A DNA stretch of 63,975 nt, filler included, from Sanchytrium tribonematis (GCA_018985235.1; 6 parts of 6 records of this genome joined end to end with filler, not necessarily neighbours in it), one strand, 5' to 3'; positions 28,650 to 39,312 are shown, counted from the whole stretch's first letter. Made by a program: numbers and translations. The notes: a model not told the origin generated them from the sequence alone.

Positions 28650-29666
28650 ATGAACAATAGCACAGATTATCACGCAAGAAATCTAAGGGAATTGTCTATC
28701 GATGAATCGTACAATACTCTTGGAACATTTAGCAGCGTGCAAGTAAGTCCATTGTGCCTCGGTACCAGAAACTTTTCAATAGATGGTGGAGAGTGGAATG
28801 ATTATCCATTACTGAACTACAATGATAGCAAGGCAATAGCCCGAGGTTATATGGAGTTAGGTGGTAATTTTTTTGACACTTCTGCATCTTACTCCGATGG
28901 CTCTTCACAGAAATTTTTGGGCGAATTTTTTAGCGAAATGCAATGTCGAGAAGAGGTTGTTGTTGGATGTCGAATAGGTGGATTTGCAAGAGCTAAAAGC
29001 CCTAATTTGGCTGGTTGCGGAAGAAAATGCATTTCAAGACTACTCAAATCTAGTCTGCTGAGTTTAGAGACTAATTATATTGACATATTGTGGATAGATT
29101 ATTGGGATGGTTTAACTCCTGCAAGAGAGCTTATGCTTACATTGAATCATTTAGTTCAGACGGGCGCAGTCCTTCATTTGGGTTTGGCCAATTTTCCATC
29201 CTGGTTTGTCGCACAATGTCACCAATTAGCCATGGACAAAGGGTACGAGACTATTGTTGGAGTTCAACAAGATTATAATCTTTGCAATAGAATAGTCGAA
29301 GCAGAATACTTGCCAATGTGTAAGTATACTGGTATTTCATTAATGGCAACTTCACCACTAGCAAACGGATATTTGGCAGGAAAGCGTCATTTTATAAAAT
29401 CCGAACAAGATCCGGTCAAAATAGACCATAATTTAGCGATTCGCGAAAATCTAAATTTGGTCAGAAATAATTTAAAATGCACTCATTCCCAAGTTGCAAT
29501 TAGTTGGCTGTTGCATCAACAAAATGTCTCTTCTGTAGTAATATCTCCAATATCCACGGCCCAGCTTCTCAATGATGTTCAGTCTATTGACATCAAATTA
29601 TCGAATGAGAATCTTTCCAAGCTAAATTGTGATTTCAATGGCAATTTCGATCATCATGGTCTTTGA
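28650..29666 (+). CDS. Aldo-keto reductase (aryl-alcohol dehydrogenase-like), catalytic tetrad altered
   Basis: VSPLCLGT, GGNFFDTS..Y, SLLSLETNYIDI, YNLCNR..E, SPLANGYLAGK, SQVAISWLL. Confidence 0.83.
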   Translation: MNNSTDYHARNLRELSIDESYNTLGTFSSVQVSPLCLGTRNFSIDGGEWNDYPLLNYNDSKAIARGYMELGGNFFDTSASYSDGSSQKFLGEFFSEMQCREEVVVGCRIGGFARAKSPNLAGCGRKCISRLLKSSLLSLETNYIDILWIDYWDGLTPARELMLTLNHLVQTGAVLHLGLANFPSWFVAQCHQLAMDKGYETIVGVQQDYNLCNRIVEAEYLPMCKYTGISLMATSPLANGYLAGKRHFIKSEQDPVKIDHNLAIRENLNLVRNNLKCTHSQVAISWLLHQQNVSSVVISPISTAQLLNDVQSIDIKLSNENLSKLNCDFNGNFDHHGL

Positions 29667-29863
29667 AAGTTAGCCTAGAATCCAATAAATATATCTAAGT
29701 TTAGACGATGTTAAAATGACCAAAAAGAATTCACCATAACCCGGATCAGAATTGTACTTTGCTGTATCCACCCATGACGTTTCAGAATTTTTAAGATGCC
29801 AATCAAACTAGATTACAGCCTCCTTCTTTATTATAAAAGATAAAACGTTCCTTAAATTTCAAA

Positions 29864-30001
29864 ATGCTTTTACAATCTACTTTTATGGCTATTCCAATGA
29901 TGTACGGTGGAATGAACCGAATGGGAATGGGCGGAATGGGAGGAATGGGAATGGGTGGAATGGGTGGAATGGGCGGAATGGGCGGAATGGGAATGGGTGG
30001 C

Positions 30002-30036
<35 letters not shown>

Positions 30037-30079
30037 AGGAATGGGCATGTATGGCGGCGGTATGTACGGAGGATACTAA
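29864..30079 (+). CDS. Small Gly/Met/Tyr-rich (MGG)n protein, probably secreted
   Basis: ATG after AAA with TATAAAA about 30 nt upstream. Gly codons vary while the MGG/MG repeat is kept; AATAAA follows the stop. Confidence 0.7.
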
Positions 30080-30232
30080 TTGTATAAAATAAATATCAAA
30101 TTCAATTTAATTCGCCCCTGTTTGCAATCTGACCCTGCTCTAAATCCATTAATTTGTAACTTTAACACCCTTCATCCCATCATTAATTAGAAATGAATCA
30201 AACTTTTGAACGTATTTTCCTTCAAACGGCAC

Positions 30233-30730
30233 ATGTTCATTTTATTATTAACTTTTGTTTTCGTGTTTGCTCAAAATGTAGAAACGGTTGCTGACTGGGA
30301 TGTTAATTACACCAAATCAATAGATGTATCCCTAAAAGCATCGTGGTGTGGGAGACAAGTTTACGCTTGTAAAATGGTTTGTTACTCTTCTGATACCCCA
30401 GAACCAATTACTAATTCATGTGATGCAGATACTCTCAACTATAAATGCATTTGCGGAGATAAGATTGAACCGAAGCTTCTCATGTTTACAGATACAATTT
30501 TATATTTTGAATGTAATGAAGTCAAAACTAGGTGTTCTCAAAATTGTGGTGGTAAGGCAAATGAACAAGCCTGTAAATCTGATTGCTTAAACAAATACAA
30601 ATGTGCCACAACTGCGCCGGACTATAACTTGAGAGAACCTTTAAATGGAAAAAGTAGCACGGAATTTGGAACTGGTAATACCATTCAATCACTATCTGCT
30701 CTATCCATTTTTCTTTGGTCTTTAATTTAA
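30233..30730 (+). CDS. Secreted Cys-rich, probably GPI-anchored fungal-type surface protein
   Basis: Signal peptide, WC..Q...C...C, NSCDADTLNYKCIC, further Cys pairs, hydrophobic C-terminus. Confidence 0.75.
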   Translation: MFILLLTFVFVFAQNVETVADWDVNYTKSIDVSLKASWCGRQVYACKMVCYSSDTPEPITNSCDADTLNYKCICGDKIEPKLLMFTDTILYFECNEVKTRCSQNCGGKANEQACKSDCLNKYKCATTAPDYNLREPLNGKSSTEFGTGNTIQSLSALSIFLWSLI

Positions 30731-30843
30731 ATAAATACAATCGGTCGTTGACTAATTTATGGTTAGAAAGTCTGCTCTCCTATTGTCAGAAACGGTGCCA
30801 AATCGCAATATTAGTCGATGGGGGTTTAAGTTTAAACTGAAAT

Positions 30844-31136
30844 TTATTCTTGGAGTATTTCTTTAATGTCATTCAACATCCAAACATCATCGTCTTCTGA
30901 GTTTGCGCTTTTTACCAGTATTGAAAATCCAAATTGAATCATGTATGCTCTGATTATAGGATGCTCGGCGAGCTCGTGTTCGTTTAAAAACAATCCTAAC
31001 ATTTCTAAATCTTCTGTTCCCATTTCCACATGATAAAAATAATGACAAATGCAAATTAATTGAGTGGTAGTAATACCAGAATACAAATACCCTGTGTAAG
31101 ATACAAGCATTTTCAACCCAACTTCTTTGAAGATAG
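30844..31136 (-). CDS. 3' part of an unidentified gene at a contig end
   Basis: 90-aa ORF ending near the convergent gene and running toward the linker; no recognisable motif. Confidence 0.4.
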
Positions 31137-31236
31137 NNNNNNNNNNNNNNNNNNNNNNNNNNNNNNNNNNNNNNNNNNNNTTAATTAATTAANNNNNNNN
31201 NNNNNNNNNNNNNNNNNNNNNNNNNNNNNNNNNNNN
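31137..31236. other. Artificial contig linker N44-TTAATTAATTAA-N44
   Basis: Identical 100-nt block with six-frame stops recurs five times in the window. Confidence 0.98.
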
Positions 31237-31237
31237 G

Positions 31238-32341
31238 AAAGAAAATGTATCTGTCTCCATATTTTATTCAAAATTAAACGAAAATCATAGATATGTCAGT
31301 CTGAAGCCGTTATCCACTTCAAATCTAAAGGTTTGGGCACTTGATTGTGAAATGGTTGAAACAAACTATGGAGATGAAGCTACGAGAATCAGTCTAGTAG
31401 ACGATCATGGTCTAATAGTCTATGACAAAATCTTCAAGCCCACTGGACACATTATGGACTACAGGACTAAGTATTCCGGAATGACTAAAGAAATAATCGA
31501 AAATTCCCAAGAATCTTTATGTTCAGTTCAGCTTGAGCTTATTAGATTATTTAATGATTTCAAAGGAGTTATATATTTGGTGGGGCATTCTTTAGAAAAC
31601 GATTTAAAGTCTCTGAGGATAATTTACAAGTACAATATCGATACTTCCTTGCTTTACGATGGCCCAGGAGTTGGTCTTAAAAGCTCACTGAAATATCTCG
31701 CTCAGAAGTACTTGGGAAAAACAATTCAAACAGGCGTGCACGACTCAGTAATTGATGCGAGAGTAGCGTTCGAGTTATTTCTATTAAAAATTCAAAAAGG
31801 TCCTACATTTGGGCGAAAACAACTTATGTACGAACCGTTTTGGAGTAGAATAGAAAGAGCAAACGGTCGACAAGCAGTTGTTTTGGATAGGCCAGAAAGG
31901 TTGAAAAGTATTGGCGAGGGAGCTTGGAAGTCTGTTGAAATTTACAGCGATGATAATGCCGTAAATAATGCCAAAACATACATGTCGGTTGATGGACCTT
32001 TTCAGATATGGTTGTCATTAGATAGACTTTCTAGCAGTAAACACCAAAACACAACTGATAAAAGTGCGAAATTTTGCGAAAATCTAATAGATTTATATAA
32101 CGCGTTGCCAAGAAATGGAATGTTGCTTGTTATTAGTGGAATTGGTAAAGTAGAACGACTCTACGAATGTTCATTAAAAAATGAATTGATTTTAAAATTA
32201 GATGATTCCAGAACTATTAGCGAAATGTCTCAGCTTTTTGATGGGTTTTCTTATTTGAATGGAACAGAGTCATCTCAAAATGTTGAAGACGCTATTGGTG
32301 AGGCTAGATTAGGCACATTTCTATGTGGAATAAAATCTTAG
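31238..32341 (+). CDS. RNA exonuclease REX1/RNH70 family (DEDDh), 5'-truncated
   Basis: Frame open from the contig edge: ALDCEMV, DYRTKYSG, LVGHSLENDL, DTS, HDSVIDA. Confidence 0.88.
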   Translation, partial: KENVSVSIFYSKLNENHRYVSLKPLSTSNLKVWALDCEMVETNYGDEATRISLVDDHGLIVYDKIFKPTGHIMDYRTKYSGMTKEIIENSQESLCSVQLELIRLFNDFKGVIYLVGHSLENDLKSLRIIYKYNIDTSLLYDGPGVGLKSSLKYLAQKYLGKTIQTGVHDSVIDARVAFELFLLKIQKGPTFGRKQLMYEPFWSRIERANGRQAVVLDRPERLKSIGEGAWKSVEIYSDDNAVNNAKTYMSVDGPFQIWLSLDRLSSSKHQNTTDKSAKFCENLIDLYNALPRNGMLLVISGIGKVERLYECSLKNELILKLDDSRTISEMSQLFDGFSYLNGTESSQNVEDAIGEARLGTFLCGIKS

Positions 32342-34131
32342 GATTGTTTATTTGGTTTAAATTTTTTCTTTGGCTTAACAGTATGCTGGGATCCTACGCG
32401 TTTTTTTGAATTAGACACAATTAATTTTTCGACAGAATCTCCAGGTTCTTCGACAGATTCATCTTTTTTAGATGGTGGTGGATAGTCAAAAGTTCTGCTG
32501 CTGATCTTCTCGATCGAGTCCGCAAGCTTTGTTATCGAAGATTTTGCTGGGAGAGAATTTTCCCAATGTTCAATTAATTCTAAATCGAGAGGCCCAAACT
32601 TGATGCTTACCCTATGCTTTGACACGTACCCAGACGATTCTTCGATTTTTTTTATGAGTTCTCTCAACAATAACTTGGTCTTTTTCTGAGTGCTTTTAGC
32701 AAATACCGACTTCAATATTTTTAGAACTGGAGCAGACCAATCTGGGAAATAAATTTTTCCAGAATGGACTGATATTGATCTGACTAATAGATCATGTACC
32801 TTCTCCATGATAATGGTTTGAAGCACAATTGTATTTAGGTAATTTTTCGATATTCTCACAGAAACACTCAGGTTCAGAGGTTTAAGAGTTGTGCGCTTTG
32901 GGTTGCCTAAAAATAAATTGGATTGTAGAATTTGTAAAAAATATCCAAAAATCGGAATTAACTCATCAGTGGATTTTGAGACCTCAATTAGGCACTCAAC
33001 TAAATGAAGCCGATAAGAAATAAATTTTGGGATAGGCTGCAATTGTAAAATTGCATGTGAAAGCTGGACAAAAGGATAAACCAGTAAATTTATCTGATTT
33101 GAAATCTTTGCATTTTTCATTATTTTTTCGTTAAAGATGGCAATGCAATCCTCTGAAGCAAATTTTGAGGCATGTCTACAAATCACAATTGACCAGAATT
33201 TTAAAGCTTGAAGAGATACCCAACCATATACCTGATGAATCTTCTTTTCTGACTTTTCGTCATAAGCCAATCTGACGACGTTGGCAATCTGTCTAAGGTA
33301 TTGAAAAGCAACTTGAAAAGTGACCTGCTTATTGATCCCGCAAAACTCGTTCACAATACTTTGACGCATAAATTCAATTAAAGAAAGGTTTTTTTCATAA
33401 ACTTGAGATGAATGTTTTAAAAAGGTCTTATATAAAATCTTAATTGCAAATTCAAGATTCTGACAATCGACATTGTTTTGGTAGTCGTGAATGTTCCTTC
33501 CTAACTTTGCATTAATGCATAACTTGATCACTGCAATTCCCTTGGCCTTTGTGACACTTGTTCTAGCATTTCCAAATATAATCGCACCAACTGAAATTAA
33601 CTTCGAAAACAATTTTGGGAAAATGAATGCCAATTGAACAATGTGAGAAGTACTAGATAATACTAATGCCATAAGAGGATTTTCGCAAACATCACTCTCA
33701 TTCACTACGACATCACACGCTTGAGTTTCCAAGAAATTGATGTAACATATAACAGTATTTTTAACAACAGATTTATATTTAGTGTAGCTTACTTCCTTGG
33801 AATATTTTTTATATTCCCCATGCAATCCCAATATTTCACACAACTTGTTTGACTGTCCGAAAACAAACTTGATCAAATTTTCAAAGTCCATGGGAGAATT
33901 GAGATTAAAATCACCGTCATCAAAACATCGCCTCAAAGTTTTTGTATTTTGTCTCCAATTATCCAGAGACGTGCTTTCAAAATTCAAAATAGCTGACGAC
34001 TGATCTACTCCATCTGATTGCTCAGAATTATCGGAATGGTCTGAATCTAGAAGTTCCTTATCGTTCTCAAGTAAAAACTGATAAAATTCAGGATCTTCTT
34101 CTTGCAATTGTGCAAGATCGCTTTTAACCAT
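32338..34131 (-). CDS. NOC2: Nucleolar complex protein 2
   Basis: LQEEDPEFYQFLLENDKELL, AFQYLRQIA, VYGW, LLVYPFVQL, FPDW. Confidence 0.88.
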   Translation of the reverse strand: MVKSDLAQLQEEDPEFYQFLLENDKELLDSDHSDNSEQSDGVDQSSAILNFESTSLDNWRQNTKTLRRCFDDGDFNLNSPMDFENLIKFVFGQSNKLCEILGLHGEYKKYSKEVSYTKYKSVVKNTVICYINFLETQACDVVVNESDVCENPLMALVLSSTSHIVQLAFIFPKLFSKLISVGAIIFGNARTSVTKAKGIAVIKLCINAKLGRNIHDYQNNVDCQNLEFAIKILYKTFLKHSSQVYEKNLSLIEFMRQSIVNEFCGINKQVTFQVAFQYLRQIANVVRLAYDEKSEKKIHQVYGWVSLQALKFWSIVICRHASKFASEDCIAIFNEKIMKNAKISNQINLLVYPFVQLSHAILQLQPIPKFISYRLHLVECLIEVSKSTDELIPIFGYFLQILQSNLFLGNPKRTTLKPLNLSVSVRISKNYLNTIVLQTIIMEKVHDLLVRSISVHSGKIYFPDWSAPVLKILKSVFAKSTQKKTKLLLRELIKKIEESSGYVSKHRVSIKFGPLDLELIEHWENSLPAKSSITKLADSIEKISSRTFDYPPPSKKDESVEEPGDSVEKLIVSNSKKRVGSQHTVKPKKKFKPNKQS

Positions 34132-34172
34132 CCTTGTTAGATCCTTTATCTCCAATCAAGTTATTTATTGTT

Positions 34173-36173
34173 TCAATCATCAAATAATCGGTTATCATTT
34201 GAGTCAACATTTTGATACCTAATGTGCCTAAACCTGTCAGAAAGTCCAAAGGGCAATTCGCCGTGTCGCCTCATATGTAACATAACGAAAAATGCAATAA
34301 TACCAATTACAGTTGGGATCACTGCAATTGCAATTACTGCTCCCGTTGTCAGAGTAGAACAAGGACTTATAATTGGCTGATCTAAGGAAAGTCCACCAGT
34401 ACATAAGTTTCCCGGGTTTTTACGATAGCCTGAAGGCTTGGTAATCTTGTCATTGATACATGGAAATTCGGATTTGCGATTGGGTATACAAATATTGTTT
34501 TCTCTAAAAGCTTCGGCATTGCATTCAAAATCGTGTATTGTACATTTACACGGTATCTTTGTTACAATATCCGAAATTGTTTCATCAAAATAACAATTGG
34601 AGTCTGCTTTCTTTCTTTTGACCAAAACCTTCGCGCCAAAAAAGCACTCAATATCAGATCCATCAGATCCTTTTACCACAATTTCTTGAGATTCAAGATC
34701 TTCATTGGTACATTTTATATGCAGCAAACTTTCAAAGTCGGCGATTATTACTTTTTCTTGATCTTCAGATTTTGCAGAAAAAAACATTCTTAATCCCGAG
34801 CTCTTTTTATCGCTAAGACCTATGCTGATTTTGTACCTAGCATTATCATTAAATTTTTGGACTTGGAGAGATTTAAAATAATTAGAAGTGTATTGAAAGT
34901 TATCTGTTTCTTTTCGAGAGTCAAATAAAACAATTATGTTTCCATAATTTAAAAATTCAAAATCTAAGTTCTCATCACTGACTTTCTTCCAAGACATTCC
35001 AGCGTCTGTGCTTATAAAAACTTTTACCTCGTCGCTTCGTGGATCGAGATTTTCACCACCTCTTCCTTTAGCCATGATCACACCTGGTGTATTAGTAGAA
35101 TCCATAAAATGGCGAGAATCTGACGCTTTGGTATAACCTTGAAAATGCAAATCGCAGTCACATTCACTTTTGGGCGCTTTAATAGGATGCCAAGTACCAC
35201 CATTATCATAACTTATAAGAGTCTTAATTTTATGATTGTCTTTTAAGTCATGTACGTTGATGAAATGTATCGCCGGCAAACTTTCAAGAGCTGAAGTATC
35301 GACATTTCCATTATACCTATAAGTGTTTTCGAGCTGTTTTGTGAAATCCTTTCCTTGTCCATCTGATATGTATAGCGAGCCAGTATTATCGTCAAGTGCA
35401 ACGTCGATGAAAAGACGGCCACCCGCAGAATCTGTAGCAGTGATGGATTTGGCCCGAGGATAAGGTGGTGAAAAATTGGCACGATGCCAATTAAGCCCAT
35501 TGTCTGAAATATCAACGACTATGTTGTTGTTTAAAAGTACTCCCCCAACAATAAAGTTCCCATATACTGCAAAAACTTGAATATTGTCCTCAAATGTCGT
35601 TGTAGATTCGAAGAAATCATCACTGGCCAACATCGAGTTAGAATTGTCTTGACATAGGATTGCGCTACGTGGGGTCTTCACGAGACTGACACCATGTGCC
35701 CAAATACATTTTTTGAGAATTTTTTTATCCAAGACTTTCATCCAGCTTTTTCCACTATCAGTAGTGTAGTAATAATTTTTATGCTGACCAAATCTATCGA
35801 GTGGAGATTCTAGTAAAAGCCATTCAGTCAAAAACGGATGAAGAATTAGTCGGTTACCTTCGGCTTCAGTTGGAAGAGAAAAACTAATCTTTTCCAATAA
35901 ATTACCATCATATTTGAGCAGTTGGGTGGCAGTCAAAGCATACAAAGTATTTTTATGCGTTTCATGAGAATAAAGAGACAATCTACTAGTTGATATCAGT
36001 ATATTTTTTTTCAATTTCCCTTCAACATCAACTACATAATAGGCTGTACCACTTGAGCCATCGGAATCAAAGTAAATTAATGAGTTTCTTTTATCAGATC
36101 CTTTATAAAACATAGCAGATTTTACAGCATACATTACGCTTTCCTCAATCATTGCAACTTTACTAGTACTCAT
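34173..36173 (-). CDS. VPS10: Vps10/sortilin receptor with a single Vps10 domain (5' end uncertain)
   Basis: Asp-box repeats (TTDSGKSW, SYDNGGTW, STDAGMSW), 10CC module (CKCTIHDFEC, GYRKNPGNLCTGG), TM, tail YQNV. Confidence 0.88.
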   Translation of the reverse strand: MSTSKVAMIEESVMYAVKSAMFYKGSDKRNSLIYFDSDGSSGTAYYVVDVEGKLKKNILISTSRLSLYSHETHKNTLYALTATQLLKYDGNLLEKISFSLPTEAEGNRLILHPFLTEWLLLESPLDRFGQHKNYYYTTDSGKSWMKVLDKKILKKCIWAHGVSLVKTPRSAILCQDNSNSMLASDDFFESTTTFEDNIQVFAVYGNFIVGGVLLNNNIVVDISDNGLNWHRANFSPPYPRAKSITATDSAGGRLFIDVALDDNTGSLYISDGQGKDFTKQLENTYRYNGNVDTSALESLPAIHFINVHDLKDNHKIKTLISYDNGGTWHPIKAPKSECDCDLHFQGYTKASDSRHFMDSTNTPGVIMAKGRGGENLDPRSDEVKVFISTDAGMSWKKVSDENLDFEFLNYGNIIVLFDSRKETDNFQYTSNYFKSLQVQKFNDNARYKISIGLSDKKSSGLRMFFSAKSEDQEKVIIADFESLLHIKCTNEDLESQEIVVKGSDGSDIECFFGAKVLVKRKKADSNCYFDETISDIVTKIPCKCTIHDFECNAEAFRENNICIPNRKSEFPCINDKITKPSGYRKNPGNLCTGGLSLDQPIISPCSTLTTGAVIAIAVIPTVIGIIAFFVMLHMRRHGELPFGLSDRFRHIRYQNVDSNDNRLFDD

Positions 36174-36326
36174 AATGCGAAGCCGTTGTTACAAGGAGGG
36201 TTTAGAATAATCAACAACATATAGAGTGTTGACGATTGAAAATATTGAAAAGCACATTCGCATACACTAGATTGAGAATTTTAATTTTTTACAGAAATGT
36301 AATTTATGTGAATCTCCTTGTTTAAA

Positions 36327-37194
36327 ATGAAATTACATTTCCAGGGTAAAGCATATGTCTGCGAGGAAACTGACTTTGACAAAATTCAATCCTTTATCAC
36401 CAGAGAATTTAAATTACCACGAGAGGAAATCTGTATGATTCATAAAGGAAAAATTATTAAAGAAAAGCAAGACTTTTTAGAATCAGATACAGTGTATATC
36501 GTGAGAAAGAAGACGCAAAATAATGCGACACCGCCTCAGACTAAAGCTCAAAATACTGCACCGATTGAATCACCACCCTCTTCGACAGTTCCTACCCCAA
36601 ATTTTCCCAACATGCCTTCTATGTTTGGTCAGCCAAATATGCAATCACTGATGCAATTGTATAATAATCCTCAATTTATGAATGTCATGCTACGCACTTT
36701 ATATCCTCAGATGCCGGACGCTCAATTGGACCAAATGAGTCAAATGATGGGTCAAATGATGCAAAATCCTATGATGAGGCAAATGATGGAACAGCAAATG
36801 CAAAGCGGTGGGACTCCTAACCCCAATCAACAAATTCCAAGCGGAGGTGCAGCAAATCTCTCTCGGTCAAATCCCGCAGACTTGTCTGGTATGATAAATA
36901 ATCCTATGATCCAACAAATGGCCCAGCAAATGCAAAGTAATCCTCAAATGCTTCAACAGCTTCTCGGCGGCTTTGGTGGATCTAACAATTTAAGTGGTTT
37001 TGCACCGAATATGGGACAACCACTACAAAGTAATCATATTTTATTTAGCCGAATCAAGTACGAACTACTCCACCCAACTGCAGCAGTTGCAGGATATGGG
37101 ATTTTATAATCGCGAATTAAACACACGAGCTTTACAACTTACAGGTGGAAATGTGGAGGCTGCTATTGAATGGTTGCTAACTCAGCCGTTTTAA
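36327..37194 (+). CDS. DSK2: Ubiquilin/Dsk2 (UBL-STI1-UBA); join(36327..37029,37049..37194)
   Basis: UBL ([10 protein letters not shown]), NPQF/NPMM STI1 motifs. The UBA ([32 protein letters not shown]) is reached only after the 19-nt intron. Confidence 0.9.
37030..37048 (+). other. 19-nt spliceosomal intron (GTAATCATATTTTATTTAG)
   Basis: Phase-1 removal puts the UBA domain in frame. Confidence 0.92.
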
Positions 37195-37204
37195 TAAATA
37201 TTTA

Positions 37205-37773
37205 TTAAGATTTGCATAGAGCACAATTGTCAAATCTGTGGTAATAATTTTTACAACACATTCTGTAATATAACAAAGGCGGACCCCCGTAGTGTGATTT
37301 CTTTAAAAATGGCATCAATGAGTACGATCCTGAGATAATTCCAAATTTCGAAGAAAGTCCAAAATAAAGTGAATCTCCAACTTTCTCAAAATATCCGTGC
37401 TCAATGAACTGCTCTAGACATGTCTGCGCATCTCCAGCTGTACCTTTGAAGTAAGAAAGAATTTCGTTCTCTGATATACAGCAATCAAAATTATTGTGAT
37501 CGTAAAGGTGTCCTTTGTTTTGCTCGTCGGCGATTTTAATCTTTGTATATAATTTCATCGTAATGGATTTGAAAAAGTTGGACCATTTTTTGGATTCATG
37601 CGGTGTAAAGTATTTGCCCGTATAAATAATACTTAAGTAAGATATATTGGTTATTTCAGATCTGGAAAAATATATTTTGCCTTTCAATGGCTGTAAAATA
37701 GTATTAGCTTCAATCAGTAAATTCTCTACATCATTTATATCCAGCATATATTTTTCAAAAAGATAATCTCCTG
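37205..37773 (-). CDS. Nse1-like (SMC5/6 non-SMC element) winged-helix protein, 5'-truncated
   Basis: Frame open to the linker; AQTCLEQFIEHGYF...LYFG resembles the Nse1 WH; degenerate Cys-rich end. Confidence 0.5.
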
Positions 37774-37873
37774 NNNNNNNNNNNNNNNNNNNNNNNNNNN
37801 NNNNNNNNNNNNNNNNNTTAATTAATTAANNNNNNNNNNNNNNNNNNNNNNNNNNNNNNNNNNNNNNNNNNNN
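37774..37873. other. Artificial contig linker
   Basis: N44-TTAATTAATTAA-N44. Confidence 0.98.
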
Positions 37874-39277
37874 CCACTACACATAGCGGTCAGGAAAAAC
37901 TTCTACAATTGCGTGGAAATTCTGCTGAGTTATGGCGCCGATGTAAATATACCAGATAGCAATGGAAATTTTGTCTACAAAAGCTTGGATCGCAAAAAGT
38001 TCAAATTCACTCGAAAATTATCATTTTTTGCGCTTTGTGAAGAAGAAGTAGAATCTTTTGATTCTTCCTCTGAATCAGAGCTTTCAGAATATAATGCGAA
38101 TGTGAACAGCGAGGTAAGTTCGTCAGAATCAGTGAATTATCTAAAATTATCTGATGAAGAAATTGTAGAAGCCGCTCCTCTGGATACTCAGAAGGATTTT
38201 TTCTCAGATGACAATTTTGAAATGGTTTCTGTACCTATAGCATCACCGCACGAAGCTCTAGATCAGTCAAATTCGACGCAACCAAAAGCGCTATTAGAAC
38301 CTGCAACCGTAAAGCAAAATTTCGAATTCATAGATTATGAAGACTACAGCAACTGCATCAAAATGCCTTTCAACTTCGATGGCGAGTCACACCCTATTCC
38401 TCCATCGAGTATTAAATATCCTGAAACAAAGGCCGATGAAATTATGCAACATCAATCTAATAATTCAGATGACAAATTCAAATTGCCTAAAAGTCCTTTT
38501 GATGATACTACGAAAATGCCTTTTACTGTACAGGAAATTTCGTTTGGAATAGAGCAATCGGAACTTGAAATTGAAGAGCCGCAGAAATTTAATCAAAATT
38601 TAGATTTTAATCAAAAATCACCAGCTGAGCCTCGGTATGTGGATCCTAAAATGCTTCAAATTAATGAATCGAGAATAGGTGAAAAACCTCATCCGATTCA
38701 TCCCAATACAATACAATCTCAAATACCTCTTGTCAAGGAATTGGCAAGCAACGCAGCACAAAAGTACCGAAAAAGATTTTTGGCCCAAATTTTAGCTAGT
38801 TTAAATATTTTACAATTCCAGTACAAAATATCTGAATCTACAAACAATGCTGCGATTAATATAGATAATTTTATTTCATCTTACGACAATGCTTCTGTGT
38901 TAAAAAGCTGCTACAAATTGCTTAAATCAATTCACTCCAGTTTGGACTACTTTCAACAGAACGCAGAATCCATTAGGAATATAAAACCTTCAGATCCAAC
39001 AAATGGAAAAGCAGTTCTTGATTATGGCTTGATGTTGCAATTGTTTATCAAAGATAAAATACCCGAGATTCAAAATGGTATCAAGGATCTTTCTGTTACC
39101 CACTTTCGTTTAATGAAGGAGCAATATTCAGCTGACACTGAATTTCTAAATCTTTTTGACCAATTTTTGTTACAATTGCTTCTTCATACATTCGAATGGG
39201 TTGAATCAGTGGGAGATGCGTTTGTTATTGAGCATAAATGGGTTGACCAAGTACTATGTGAACTATTGGAAAAATAA
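37874..39277 (+). CDS. Ankyrin-repeat protein, 5'-truncated
   Basis: PLHIAVRKNFYNCVEILLSYGADVNIPDSNG at the contig edge, then an acidic low-complexity region and a helical C-terminus. Confidence 0.72.
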   Translation, partial: PLHIAVRKNFYNCVEILLSYGADVNIPDSNGNFVYKSLDRKKFKFTRKLSFFALCEEEVESFDSSSESELSEYNANVNSEVSSSESVNYLKLSDEEIVEAAPLDTQKDFFSDDNFEMVSVPIASPHEALDQSNSTQPKALLEPATVKQNFEFIDYEDYSNCIKMPFNFDGESHPIPPSSIKYPETKADEIMQHQSNNSDDKFKLPKSPFDDTTKMPFTVQEISFGIEQSELEIEEPQKFNQNLDFNQKSPAEPRYVDPKMLQINESRIGEKPHPIHPNTIQSQIPLVKELASNAAQKYRKRFLAQILASLNILQFQYKISESTNNAAINIDNFISSYDNASVLKSCYKLLKSIHSSLDYFQQNAESIRNIKPSDPTNGKAVLDYGLMLQLFIKDKIPEIQNGIKDLSVTHFRLMKEQYSADTEFLNLFDQFLLQLLLHTFEWVESVGDAFVIEHKWVDQVLCELLEK

Positions 39278-39312
39278 ACTTTGACAAGATTTTCTGGACA
39301 AAGTGAAACAAA

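Noticed and set aside
29803..30048. Pro/Ile-rich minus-strand ORF and the many other short antisense ORFs in the track
   Set aside because: Shadows of real genes on the opposite strand with no independent motifs.
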